In this document: piece by piece, positions 14,345-26,876 of the stretch
How the letters are laid out: each line of letters opens with the position of its first letter
Numbering within the stretch: position 1 is the stretch's first letter
NCBI GenBank assembly: GCA_028023455.1
Contig: JAQFVV010000011.1
Coordinates: 124,001 to 188,000, forward strand
DNA from: Epiperipatus broadwayi
Taxonomy: Eukaryota > Animalia > Onychophora
DNA length: 64,000 bases
Direction of reading: 5' to 3'
Translations under genes and position numbers: made by a program
The notes under the pieces: model-generated
The model's database searches: none
What the model saw: only the letters and a program-made list of their open reading frames with translations
What the model was told of the DNA's origin: nothing

Positions 14345-15180
14345 TCAACCCTTATTAATCCAACTGAATGATGAAGATTTCTCCAAGTTTAAATCACTTT
14401 CTCTTATCCGCAGTATTTTTTTCTACAGTGCACTAACAAACTTTTTTATTTCAACCATTTATCTCATATGTGGTCCCTTGCTAGATCTTTTGCAATCTCT
14501 TAGGATCCCATTTAAAATTTACATGTCCATCTATTATCATTTCTTCTAGCAATATGTCCAGCCTAGTTCCATTTTAGTCCCTTAATTACTTAATTCTCTC
14601 TTTTTTTTTTAATTCTCATTTCTTCTTTTTATTCCTGAATACAATTCTCCATGCTCTGTATTGTTCAAGTTTCATATCTATAGTTAAATAATTAAATACC
14701 TCTACTAAAAGCATTCCTTTTCAAACACATAGGGGTATTTCCTTTTAATACTAAATTATTTCTACCAAAACACTCCATTCAAATTTATTAATTAATTTCA
14801 TCCATTATATTTTCATCTATATTAATAATACCAAGACATCTGTAGATTATCAATCTTTATTTTTTTTCTGAAAAAATTCACTAAATGTTATTTTATTATT
14901 TTAATACTTTTCTTCAGTCTTATTTTACTTTCATTTTCACAACTCTTGTAACATTTTCTAAAACTCTGAAGGATTACTTGCTAAACAACCATATCTTCCA
15001 CAAAATCTAGATAACTTAAATAATCTCAATTTACTTTTACTTTTTATCTTTCCATTTTAATCCACTAAATACTTCTTGTAAAACTGCTGTAAAAGATTTT
15101 GGAGATATAAAATCACCTTGTCATACACCATTCTCAATGTTAATCTTCACAGATATCAATATATAATATAGTCTCTGCTA
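14345..15180 (-). mobile_element. RTE-clade LINE RT-to-3'-end fragment (decayed, internally deleted)
   Basis: Minus strand reads INIENGV*QGDFISPKSFTAVLQEVF and LSYLDFVEDMVV (QGD and FADD-like motifs). The 3' end matches that of 16270-16682. Confidence 0.8.
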
Positions 15181-16269
15181 TTCCAATTGGAAAATATATT
15201 CAGAATATGACAATATTTTGGATCTATATCTTAAAATCCAGTGTTTTAATTATTGGCAAAGTGCTTATGAATGCCTTTTAATAATGAGAAGAAAAATCAT
15301 GGTATTTCTTGATTTTAAACTTAGAAATAAAAAGCCACATTCACTGTTAAGTATTGGTAAATCCGAGTTCATTTACTATACGAATAATTATAACATTATA
15401 ATAAAAATTACAATGATGAGAATGTACTAAGTGGATATTAGGAATTTGCCCTGTTCTTTTTCTTGAAGGCCTTAAAAAGAAATCATTATCTTATCGATTA
15501 ACAGCAAATTTTTTTTTAAAAAAAAAAAAAAAAAACTGTATAAAAAGAATATCTAAATACTAAAAATAAGTGCAAAACAAATAAAATGAACAAAAAAATA
15601 AATAAAACAAGAATATTTTACTGAAATTCAAACTATTGAAAGGATATTTACATAACTCCGATCAAAGTTTCAAACTTTAATGAATGGTAAGTAGTAACTT
15701 TTTATAATATTAAAGTGATTTCAATTTTTTATAAAATGTTGTTGTTATTATTATTATTGCTGCAGAAAATGCTATATTATAAATTATACAATACACAAAT
15801 GATCTACATAATTTTAAAAAAAATTAAATGTGAGGAAATATGATTTTTTTTATTCAGTTAAACTCATTAAAAAGTTATTTAAAGATATCAAAACATTCAA
15901 AGATTTGTTTTGATGTTTCTTCATAAAATAATTTGAAGATTAGTCATGTGGTTGCAAAATATAATTTGAATAGATTTTTTTTTTTTTAAATAATGGTCAG
16001 TCAAATCATTATTAAAAACAGTAGGTTCATAATCTATAAGTGTATTAATAACCCTTTATTCCCAATCTCTTCAGCTAGAATTTTCTCTGCAAAATTCTAG
16101 GCTCATTAATTACATATCATTTCTTATACTTATGGCAGGGATGACCAAAATTCATGTCTGCAAGAGACACATGTTAAAATTGTGATATGTTCAAGAGCCA
16201 ATTGCATTTTTGAAGCATTCAACAGAAGCCTATATTTAAATTATATATATATTAATATGATTTATTAAT

Positions 16270-16682
16270 GGATCTGAGACTTGGACACTCAATAGAAGAG
16301 CAATACAGAGACTTCAGACCACTCAAAGAAGTATGGAGAGGTGTATGTTGGGAGTAACAAGAAGAGATCGAAAACGCAATGTATGGGTAAGAGAACAAAC
16401 AGGTGTTACTGACATCATTGAAAAAATTAAAAGATTGAAGTGGAGTTGGGCTGGACATATTGCTAGAAGAGATGATAATAGATGGACAATTGAAATTTTA
16501 AACTGGATTCCAAGAGATTGTAAAAGACCCAGAAAGAGACCACATGTGAGATGGATGGATGAAATAAGAAAGTGTGCAGGGGTGATGTGGAGAAGAGAAG
16601 CTAAAGATCGGAGAAGATGGATTAAACTTGGAGAGACCTTCATCCTGCAGTGGATTGATAATGGTTGATAATGATGATGATG
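16270..16682 (+). mobile_element. Young 5'-truncated RTE LINE with (TGA)n tail and 13-bp TSD
   Basis: Uninterrupted frame GSETWTLNRRAIQRLQTTQRSMERCMLGVTRRD...KWSWAGHIARR...WIPRD...RW to 16668. ATGATTTATTAAT lies at 16257-16269 and 16683-16695. Confidence 0.92.
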
Positions 16683-17379
16683 ATGATTTATTAATTGTAA
16701 AAAAAATCAAGAGAACAATATTAATAAGCAAGAACAAGATCAATAAAAAATATTTATTACTTACTTATGATTTCATCTGATTAGCAAAAACATTAAAAAT
16801 TGTCTTATAATTTGTTAATTGCATATGATGCTAATTCGTCAGTTGTGCTCAATGTTTTGATTTTAAAATCTTCATTGTTGAGTAAAATGATTCCCGTGAA
16901 TATGCTGTCCTAAAAACTGACATTAAATTACAAGTAGTTTATTTTAAATTAGGATATTTATAACAATATTTTTTTATTTTTCTGGATATAAATTAAAAAT
17001 AATTACAACTGCAAAAAAATATCATCCTAGGATGAAATCTAAACAAAAAGTGAACCGACAACAACACATTATATCTCCAAGAAACAACCATAATAAAATC
17101 CTAGAACTTGACAATAATGTTAATCATTGCAAAAGAATAAAGCATATATATGGTAACAAGATAAAATATAAATACATCATGCTAATATAATTATCATGAT
17201 TTGATTTCAAAAGTTTTGTGAGAGTTGTATTGAACCATCTAAAGAGCTACATGTTTAGCCAGGGTAGTTCTATACTTTTTTTTTTTTTAGGTATTTTGAT
17301 ACAGCTCAGCAACTGTATTTTTTTTCTATAACTTTATTTAACAAAATTTATTTATGATTCAGTTTTTTGTACAATTCTT

Positions 17380-18950
17380 CATTAATAACTTTTTGCGTCA
17401 ACTTAGTTCTTAATAGCTCTCTGTAATGCGATTCTTCATGTGCCAATAATCTTTTCTTTAAATGTTTGTCATCAAATATTGTTCATGGATTTCTTATAAA
17501 TTCCTGAACAATAAACTATCAAATTTCTTCTTTTAATGTGCTAAAAAAATATTCCAAATTATTTATGTGTGCAGTAAATCTAATTTGATTTATAATTTTG
17601 TCTTTTCTATCTCTAATATATTATTTTCACAATCAAAATCACTAATGATGTTCTAATAAACATGCAAAAATTTACATTGCTTAGTACAATTCCATTAATT
17701 TTCATTTATCTATTTATCTTCTCTTTCCTGTCTTTGTTTCGATTATATTTATGTATAAGTCATATCTTTTTGTTTTTTTCGTTTAAAGTCTCTGTAAATT
17801 TCAGTATATCTTCATATAATCACCATATCATTTCCATATTTTAGTAGTTTATCTTCATTCAATGCACTGATGTTCATTTTTACTTTTCTTAAATATTATG
17901 ACATTATTTTTTAGATATATATGATAAAAATGGCATGATAAGATTGGATCTCATTTGTCTTCCATTTTTTCTATTCAGATTCCAATTTCACTCTCATGGC
18001 TGCTTTTGAACTTATTATAGATATTTTTTAAAAGATTAATTAATTAATTATTTACCCCATATGATTCAAATAATGTCCAAAACATTTTTTCATCAATGCT
18101 AAATAATACATGGATATAAATTCTTCAGATTCTCCATATGGAGACTACCCAAATATCTATTGTATGATACTCTTATTGTTTGTAAATCCAGCTTATTCAT
18201 CTTCTAGGTGTTCTTTGACTTTAAAATGCTTATTAAAACTTTTAATAAATGCCAATTAATATGGTTTTGTAATGTACACATTCTTTCTTACTTATGTTTT
18301 GTAGATTGGTTTTGACAGTGATTGCATCCATCTTTAGATACTGTATTGCTTGTGTGCAATATTACACAGATTGCATATTTTTTAAAGTAATCTATCTTCA
18401 TGATATTTGATCATTTTCACAACTGTTCATTTTCAAGGCTTTTTTAAAATTTAGTCACAGTTTTACTAACTTATTCCAATTAAACTTCATTTTTATTATT
18501 ATACAATAATGATACAATTTTAGTGAACTCTTCTATTGATTTTCATTAAAACTTGTTTTATATTATTTAAAAAGTATTTTGATCATTTTTTTTCTTTTTT
18601 TTTTACTATGTACCTGTCTTATTATTCTGTTTTAGCTGCTTTCTTATCAAGTTTCTTATTGTTTTATAGACAATTTTCTGGATGTATCATCTGGCATGAT
18701 ATTTTTCTATGCTTCACTCTGAATTTATTAGCCTTATTTGCTACAATATGCAAATTTTGTATTGTTCTTTTAGCTTTTCATTATTCGCTTTTTTTTTTTT
18801 AAATAGTTTCAATATTTCTTGTGTTCACCAATCTTTCTTCTGTTTAATTTTAGTAACAGTTTTCCCTAAAGTTTTAATAAGATTTTCAACTCTTGAATCA
18901 ATGTCTTTTATTTGTCTATTTTTTTTTTTTATATTTTCTTCTTAAGCTCT
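17380..18950 (-). mobile_element. Heavily decayed RTE-like LINE ORF2
   Basis: Minus-strand patches KD(W)*TQEILK, YDLYINIIETKT, INGIVLSNVNF and HEESHYRELLRTKL resemble RTE linker, RT and C-terminal motifs. Confidence 0.55.
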
Positions 18951-19121
18951 CTGGCTGATGAATTATTACTCTTCAATTTTTCTAACTTTTTTTAAGCAAT
19001 GAAAAGATTTAGCTTCTTCATTTTTAAAAATAAGTTTCATTTAATTTATTAAGCTTCAACTTGTTATTAGCACTTACACTGGAAAGCATATTACTGTATA
19101 TCAATATCATATTTATTAATA

Positions 19122-19622
19122 ATATAGTGAGTTTTGCCTGTTTTATCAACAGTTATACACAAGCATAAGAAGAGGTAGTCATGTGATGTTTATTGGCTTA
19201 AAACCAATCCTGCCTAATAGGATAGTGGTGGCTATGGTTATTAAAGAACCAAAGACAGCAAAATGTATGGGTACTGAACTGGGTTCAGACCCTTAATGGG
19301 CTTGGATTGAAAATATTAAGGTGTTTTCAATTTAAGACTCATAGTTTTGTAGTTAAATGGAGATAAAAGGTGGTTGCTGGAGGGTTGCATTAGATCCTAA
19401 GATCTAGATGCAGTGCACTCAGATCCAAGGTTCCTCACTGACAAAGGCCATAAGCCGGAAACTAGTCTGGGGATATGGATGGGGATTTTATGCACAACCC
19501 TCCTGGCATCCATTGATTTCTCCAGCTTGCTGTGTGTGGCAATATATATAGTGAGTTTTGCCTGTTTTAACAACAGTTATACACAAGCATAAGAGGAGGT
19601 AGTCATGTGACTTTATTGGCTT
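19122..19622 (+). mobile_element. Family A: about 1.2 monomers with ~78-bp terminal redundancy (period 424 bp)
   Basis: atagtgagttttgcctgtttta...ttattggctt occurs at 19124 and 19548. An HHR with mutated core lies at 19423-19480. Confidence 0.9.
19423..19480 (+). ncRNA. Family A type I hammerhead, G8A-mutated (CTGACAA)
   Basis: atccaaggttcctca CTGACAA aggccataagccg GAAA ctaGTC tggggatatggat. Confidence 0.7.
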
Positions 19623-19669
19623 AAATAATTAAATTATTCAGGATATTCTCTTTTTCCTTATCATGTTTG

Positions 19670-19975
19670 TAATTGGCTCACTTAAATGTTTGGAATGTTA
19701 GTTATGTAAAGGTTTGTTTCATATGTTACCTTTGTTAACTATAGTTGAACATGCTTTCAATGATGAAGCCAGATTTGTAACATTCATGGGGTGGCTGGGT
19801 ACACTAATAGAATTTAAATGTACAATGCTAAGGTTATAGCATCTCCAGCCACTCTTTCAGTACTATGAATCTGGCTTCATCAGCCGAAAGCATGCTAAGC
19901 TACAGTTAACAAAATTAACATACAGAACAAACCTTTATTTAGCTAAAGTTCAAAATGTTTAAGCAAACCCATTAC
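19670..19975. mobile_element. Imperfect palindrome (family B, Penelope-like pLTR pair) with HHR-like relic
   Basis: Arms catgctttc..tgatgaagccagatt / aatctggcttcatca..gaaagcatg. The right arm reads ct ATGAATC T GGCT tcatc AGCC GAAA GCATGC TA ag (19863-19899). Confidence 0.6.
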
Positions 19976-20560
19976 TAATAACTAGTTTACCATATTCTTC
20001 ATTTTTCCATATTTAATTTTTTATTTCCATTTTTTTGCAGTTTTTCTGATAGAATAGTGTGATGCAAATTATATATTCTAAATGATGTTTTACCATCTTT
20101 ATTTTTTTTCTTCAAATCATTTAAATTTGTTCCCATCTTCCACTTTCAATTTTAACAATTTAATTTTCTCTAAGGTAATAATATTTTTATGAAATATATC
20201 AAAAGAGTTAAATTTTAGCTCCACATATAACCATTGTATTTCATCACCTATATTATTCAATGTAGGAGTATATATTTGAATTACTATCATGTTAAAAGGA
20301 TTTCCATTGACCTTAACATATCATTCTTGCATTGATAGACTTATAAATAAAAATCCTACATTAGCTTAATAATTTTAATTATTTCCTGATCACATGACCT
20401 CATAATTTAGCACAACCAGGTAGCATAATGCAAGGTCAATTGATATCTTCCTATTCAGAATAAATTTAGTTTACCAAGTCACTGTAAAGTTCTGACATAC
20501 CAGATTCGTACAGTAAACATATATATAAGCTGAAAATGTATTTTTGTAATTCCTTTTTGA

Positions 20561-20713
20561 TACTTATGTATTAGACCTGCTGCCTGTGTTTGCGATGGCA
20601 GAAAATGTCACTACTATGGCATTCTGCCTTCGCAAACACCCTCTCCTTCCCATTGGAGAAAGTTATGGCATTCTGTCATTGCAAACACGTGCAGTAGGTC
20701 TAATACATAAGTA
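20561..20713. mobile_element. MITE-like element with perfect 18-bp TIR
   Basis: TACTTATGTATTAGACCT 20561-20578 / AGGTCTAATACATAAGTA 20696-20713 with TA at both ends. Internal direct repeat atggcattctg....gcaaacac x2. Confidence 0.7.
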
Positions 20714-21021
20714 CCTGATTTTTTAAATTTATCCCTGATTTCTCAATTGGATATATATATATTGGTGATATCCAAAGTTAATGTGAGATTTTTTTATTTT
20801 AACCAATTCTCAAACTGGTTTTTTTTGGCAAACAATTCAGTTGTCAGTTTTTTTTTTTTTTATATTAGTTAATTATTTTATAGATTAGAGTTTAAAAATG
20901 AAAACTTTTTTTTTTTTGAGTCAAGAGAATCTACTATTCTCTTAACATCATCACATGACTTTCTTATGAGTAAGTATATGAGACATGTAATCATGTTAAT
21001 CCTATAAATTTTCATGAGAAA

Positions 21022-21522
21022 TTAATGTGATTGGACAGGACTTGAACTCAGATTTTCACACTCACCATAACTATCCATTCTATCCTATGAAACTGATACA
21101 TATGACCACATATATGTTAAGAAAATAAATGATCTCCAATACACGTATTTCATACTGAACCAGCACTCAGCAGTTGATCCAGATCACCATCTCTCATACA
21201 TATATACAATCAGTGCTCAGTTTATATTAAGGTAGCAAATCTTCAAACTTTAATGGACAAGCTTCAATTTTCTCTACTCTCCAACTCTTCAGCTATCTGC
21301 ATCATTGAAAATCCGATGATGGAATGCTCAAAGCCCTTTTTGATGCCAATATTATTGTCATATCCATATTGATTTTAAGTCACTATCTCCTCATATATAG
21401 GACTTTAATATGTCCAGTTAAATACATAGAAGAGGGATGGGCAGAATATAGGCTGAATATGCAATATTGAAATACAAGTATATCTAACCTATACTAAAAC
21501 TTAATGTAATTGGACAGGACTT
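21022..21522 (-). mobile_element. Family C full unit (~479-bp period, 22-bp terminal redundancy)
   Basis: ttaatgt(g/a)attggacaggactt at 21022-21043 and 21501-21522. Homologous to 26877-27103, 33640-34010 (inverted) and 6830-6970. Confidence 0.75.
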
Positions 21523-22452
21523 AACAGATCTTTTTAATTACACCGATGAGTTAGCTCGAGTTCAAAACATTAGAATTTTTTTGTGAACTTTAGGCTAGTA
21601 ACATGAATAATATAAATAGTTAAAAATTATTATTAAATACAAAAAATGCATTAGTTCCAGATGTAATTCTAGTTCTTACGAATAATGGCAAAAGTCAGAA
21701 ACTGATCTGGATATTATATAATCTTATTCTCTTGAGTAATAGATAAAGATTCAAAGAAACTAATCTATTTACTTTAAATTGATTGACAAAAACTACACCC
21801 TATAACTATAAAATCACTATACTGTTTTTTTTTTAATTAACACACAAATTAGATTGACTGTTCTTTCTCAGGATTTATAGAAACAAAGCAGATAGACGTG
21901 GGCTAAGTTAGAATAACAAAGTGCTTTTAAATATCTGAGGCTATCTCTTTACTATCTCTCATTCAGTACCCGAATACTAAAAAATTAACAAAAGCAATAG
22001 CTCGAGGCAGAACAATTTTTTTTTAATGATGAAAGAAAAACCTGAACTTACATTTTCTACATTACGACTCATAATGGGAATCCAAAATATGATAAGGTAA
22101 AAAAAAAAAAAGATAAATAAATTAATATATATTAAAAATTTATAAATTTGAAGGATCAAACTCTTATGACTGCATATTTGTATTTAATGATACTTTAACA
22201 CCTAGAATTTACATATTAAAGTATTTTATGATGTTTTAAAATGTAGAATCTAAATATTTAATTCTATAATTATAAAATATTGAATATAAAATTTCAGAGG
22301 TATTTACGTATTAGTCCGACAGTGAAACTTCACTCATATATATATATGGTATTATGTAATTTAATTAATTAAGCACATTTAACTTTCAAAAATAAGTTGA
22401 CGAAGAGTATTTTTATATCTACTATACATTCTTTATTAATTTCTAGCTATCA

Positions 22453-22790
22453 CTGACCTACTTATGCTTTGAAAATAGCCACTTTTTCCATGTGTCATAG
22501 CATCGGCCGGGACGCGAACCCACAACCGTCTGCAAACAACTACTTGCTTGCATGGCGGCTGCGATACCTCTCGGCTAACAACGCAAGACAAAAGCCACTT
22601 TTTGTGCGTAAATAAAGACATTAATATAGAAAAAAAAAGTTATTTACAACCCGTTAAAAATGATTCTTTAAATCTTTGAAAGTTAAATTTACTTAATTAC
22701 TTAAATAAAACGTATTATCAAATATTTAGCAATCATAAATAATAATAATCATTAATGAAGAACAAAAATTCACCATCACAAAAAAGTACC
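22453..22790. repeat. Dispersed repeat (homologous to 38610-38822) interrupted by a tRNA-SINE
   Basis: ctgacctacttatgcttt...ttctttaaatctttgaaa.ttaaatttacttaatta.ttaaataaaacgta.tatcaaatatttagcaat is shared. Confidence 0.85.
22488..22592 (-). mobile_element. tRNA-Gly-derived SINE with 11-bp TSD
   Basis: Minus strand GCGTTGTTAGCCGAGAGGT...GGGTTCGCGTCCCGGCCGATGC-TATGACAC. AGCCACTTTTT lies at 22477-22487 and 22593-22603. Confidence 0.85.
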
Positions 22791-23204
22791 ATTTCAGAAT
22801 ATATGTGCGTAGTCATTATCTGAGGATTATATGATAGCATTTTAATTATTGTTCAATGATGAACCATTATCATTATCTAGTTGAATTCAAATTTTATTTG
22901 AATTTCTCTAAATTCATTCCATCACTGATAAATGATTAGTTTTAACTCGTTCATTTATGCTTATGTGCAATGTAATTGTTATTTCATGCAAATGTCATTG
23001 TTTATGCACTTTTTTGTAAGCTTTTCATGCAAAAAATATTTAAAAATACATACACAAGGACGCAATTCTTACTTCCATTTGTTATGAAATGGTGATAGCA
23101 ATTTTCGAAATTTAAAAAGAATGTTTGTACTTATAAAAATGTGGAAAATATTTTGTGGATCTTTGAAAAAGAATAAACATAAGATTAATTAAATGCTATG
23201 TGTA

Positions 23205-23570
23205 GAGTATACTATAATGTGGTTGTAAAATGTGAACAATGAGTAATAAAATTAGAAAAAGATTGGAAGCTTTTGAGATGCAGGCATGGAGAAAAATGGA
23301 AAAAATCAGTTGGATGAGTAAAATAATAAATGATGTTTTGAAAAAAAAGTAAAGGAAAAAAGAAGATTGATTGAGATAATTAGAAAGAGAAATTGAATTG
23401 GACATATATTAAGAAGAAAGTATAGTTTAATGAAAGATGTTTTGGAAGGAATGGTGAGTGAAAGCAAGAAGAAAAGATTAACATTGATGGATGATATGAG
23501 ATGGGAAGAGTTGTATGAAATTGAAGAGATGGACAATGAAGAGAATGGTATGAAAAAATGGATGAATTGG
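23205..23570 (+). mobile_element. RTE/BovB-like LINE 3' fragment (second subfamily)
   Basis: Translates KRLEAFEMQAWRKMEKISW, like the LEAFEMWCWRRM..ISW motif. Later patches read IGHILR and VLEGMV. Confidence 0.75.
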
Positions 23571-24139
23571 TGGTGTGACTACTATTTGGATCTGTCCATG
23601 AGCAGAATACTATTGATAATGAAGGATATAGGTATTTATAAGGTACAAGCAAAGGAAACAGGTTTCAGATAAATGCAAAATATCAGGAAAGTGAGAGATT
23701 TGTCTCTTATTTTGCTTGAAATACAATTAAACAGAAATGACAGTGAAAAAGTTTTCTCTTGTTAGTCATTGATTAATGATTATATGAACTTTTTTGTTCC
23801 ATATTATATGTTTCATATCAAATCTCATTTCTTTAATAATTGTTTTGAGTAAAAATGTATTTTGTTTACTATATCACTGGCAATTTTAGTCAGTTGTCAA
23901 TTTTTATTTGAGACTTAATATTCAACTTGAATTTTTAAAAAAAATGTAGGTTTGTAATCAATACATATTATTTTGGTTTTACATACTTAATGAGTGTAAT
24001 GAAATGTTAAGTATCTTTACAAAAACTTGGGTGAGGCTTATATAGTCCATTGTTAGTGGTATTTTATGGGCAGTTAACTGCTGTTGATGATTGAATTGTG
24101 TATCATGGTTGTCTATTAGTTTTCTGTTTACCATCCAGA

Positions 24140-24600
24140 ATATTGTTATTTAATAACAGAGCCATTGTCAGTTAGCTTAGTTGTTATAGTATAGTTGGTA
24201 ATTAGGTATGTTTGAATCTCGGTTGTACGAGTGCCATTTTTATCTTTAATTTGCTGGAACCTAATGGGTAATGTACGAACAAGTTCCTCTGCTGCACTAA
24301 TTCTGCATGGTGTATGTCTTATGGTGTTTTGCATCTACAGTAGAGCATGGTGTGAGTTTTAATGTGTTCAGAATAAACTGAAGATGTTAAGATTGGTATC
24401 CATGGTGTTTGGCTTAATGCAAGTAATTTTTTAATTAGATGGAGTTAGATCGATATAAACTCTGTGCCTATTGACTTGTGGTGGCACATTTTTGGAGGTG
24501 AATATGATGGTAATTAATCAAAGATTGATTGTTGTCTGAGGAGCAACAACAAAGTTACAGCAAAAATATCACAGTGTACTATTTTATTGTCTCTGGATTT
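24140..24600 (-). mobile_element. Possible Gypsy integrase C-terminal relic
   Basis: IRHTPCRISAAEELVRTLPI resembles YRNTPH.TTG.SPAELL.GR.LRT.LP. Weak SDN and HPQ.N patches lie upstream. Confidence 0.4.
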
Positions 24601-25527
24601 AATCTGTCAGTTATTGTAGAATGTAAAGGGTAGCATCTTGTGTTGTTACCATAGGTGAAAGTGCACCAAAATGCATAAAGAGTGAATCATTATTATTATT
24701 ATTACTACCAATATTTAATATAAATAGACATTATAAATAGACATTACACAATATTTTGAAATGTAATTTAATAATACTGAAATGCAAATTATTGTTTTTT
24801 AGTAAATACATTTTTTAAATTATTATTTATGCCATTAAAATGAGATACTAATTTTTAAAACAATTTTGATGAACATATAAACTTACAGCTGGTCTGTATC
24901 TGAGTTAGAATGTAGATATCAATGCTGATTTATAAAAACCAAAAGTACTTAATTACAGCTTAAATACTAAATCAACTGCTATCTTAATTTCACAGTACCA
25001 GTTATCATTTATCAAAACAATATTCTATAGATATTGTACAGATAGTTTACAATAAAATATAGAAGATGCATACTCTTTTCTTCCACCACAACTACACTAT
25101 CTTATGTAAGCTTTATTAACTGCTAGATGGCAGGCGATAGCACTTAATAAATCCCTAATCAGTCTTGTATTACCCAATACCTCCAAACTAGTTTTTAACT
25201 TATGTTTGAAACAATGCACCTGAATCTTTAAGATCTGATGCCTCTTCTTTATAGCCATTACTAATAATCCAAACTGAAAAGCATTTAAACCAACTTGCCT
25301 ATATAATCAACTGACATCCAGTGATTATTAAAGTTTACATTAGATGGAAGAATTTTGATGAAAAAAGGAATATACTGCGTAACAACAATGTGTTTTCTGG
25401 AATCATATGATAGTCATGTAATATAGAAGATACTTGGTCATAGTCTTGCTAAATACTGGGTAAACAAATATGGAATTCCCAGCACAGTATTTGAGAGTTT
25501 GCTGTTTAATAAAATAACTATAATCAA

Positions 25528-25597
25528 GCGTTGGTGGTTGAATGGTTAGCACAGCCGCCTTACAAGCAGTTGTCCCGGATTCGCTTCCGGCTGATGC
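25528..25597 (+). pseudogene. tRNA-Gly(TCC)-derived pseudogene/SINE, anticodon now TAC
   Basis: GCGTTGGTGGTTGAATGGTTAGCACAGCCGCCTTACAAGCAGTTGTCCCGGATTCGCTTCCGGCTGATGC aligns along its length with eukaryotic tRNA-Gly(TCC). T-arm and stems are damaged. Imperfect TSD aataaaa..aactataa. Confidence 0.8.
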
Positions 25598-26876
25598 TTT
25601 GACATATGAATAAAAAAAACTATAAATGACAGATTTATTATTGAGCAAATAATTTAATTTTAATAAAAATAAGATTATTTTTTTATAACTTGTTATAAAA
25701 TTTTGTGCAAAATTATGTATATTTATATAGTCTACTGATTTCACATAAATTCTGTATACTATTATATTTCTGATCCATTGATAATAAATTATCCTCACCT
25801 ACTATGAGTATTTGTGTTGGAGAATTGATAGATTCGGTGCCTGCTCTATGTATGTGTGACCATTATTGGAGACAATCAAGCTTAGAAATCTGGCAGTAGA
25901 CATAATTCTGACTGCTATTTTTATGTGGGTGTTGGAGTGTATTAAACTGTTGTTTAACTGGTGACTGTAGTTTTATTGGTTGAAGTATATGCAAAGTGAG
26001 AGATATTAATTTGGAATATTTACTGCAAATTTAAAAGATTTGTTATATAGACATAAGCAAGGATTAAATATCGTAGTCTGGATGAAATTTTTTTTTGTGG
26101 TCAGGTTTAGTTGTACTTTCCCTATGCTAGAGAATAAATCTTTCATAAAATCTGGATTGATATGCTAGAAAACAAAGAAATATAATTCTAAGCCCATGGT
26201 TTACCTTTACTCTTTATCTTTTAAGAAATATTTGTTTTTATTATATTTTGTCAGCCCCCCCTCCCCCATTGCATTTATCATATAATTTTTTCATTTCCTG
26301 CAATAGTATATTTACAAGTATTCTTTCTTCTTTTTCTTTAAACCGATCAAATTATTACGTCCCAGACATAACAATTCATAAGCTTTCTAAGTTTACATTC
26401 TTAAAATTAAAACGTTATTAATTCTCATATATTTTTTCCTCACTTTTATTTTCTCCACTTAGCTAATTTTCTAAGCAAATCTATGAGACTTATAAATTTT
26501 TAACAATCATTCTCATAGCTGAATTATTATACATTTCAAATTTGCTACCAATTTTTACTATTAGTGGTCGCCATTTTTAAAGTTTAATTTCACCTTCGGT
26601 CTTCACTATTCTATTGTTAGCAATCAAATGCTTCGAAATTATTCATTATTTATTATTAATTCATACTTAACGCTTATTAATTATCTTCTTTAAATAAATA
26701 CTATGTACCTTAATAACGGAAGACTTTTTTAAATTCATTAAAAGTCTGAAATTAGAATAAAGTCTGTTAGGGGGTGACAAGTAATGGCAAATAACACATA
26801 TCCATTTATCAAAATATGAATTTTTTTCTACAGTACAGGCTTTTTCATAACTGCACTTATATATGTAATATATAGG

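Noticed and set aside
871-15430. Numerous 60-82 aa ORFs in the track (pattern continues across the window)
   Set aside because: They are F/L/I/K-rich products of AT-rich DNA, often with non-ATG starts and no recognisable domains.
16252-16743. Minus-strand ORFs of 68, 106 and 81 aa
   Set aside because: They are antisense shadows of the RTE fragment.
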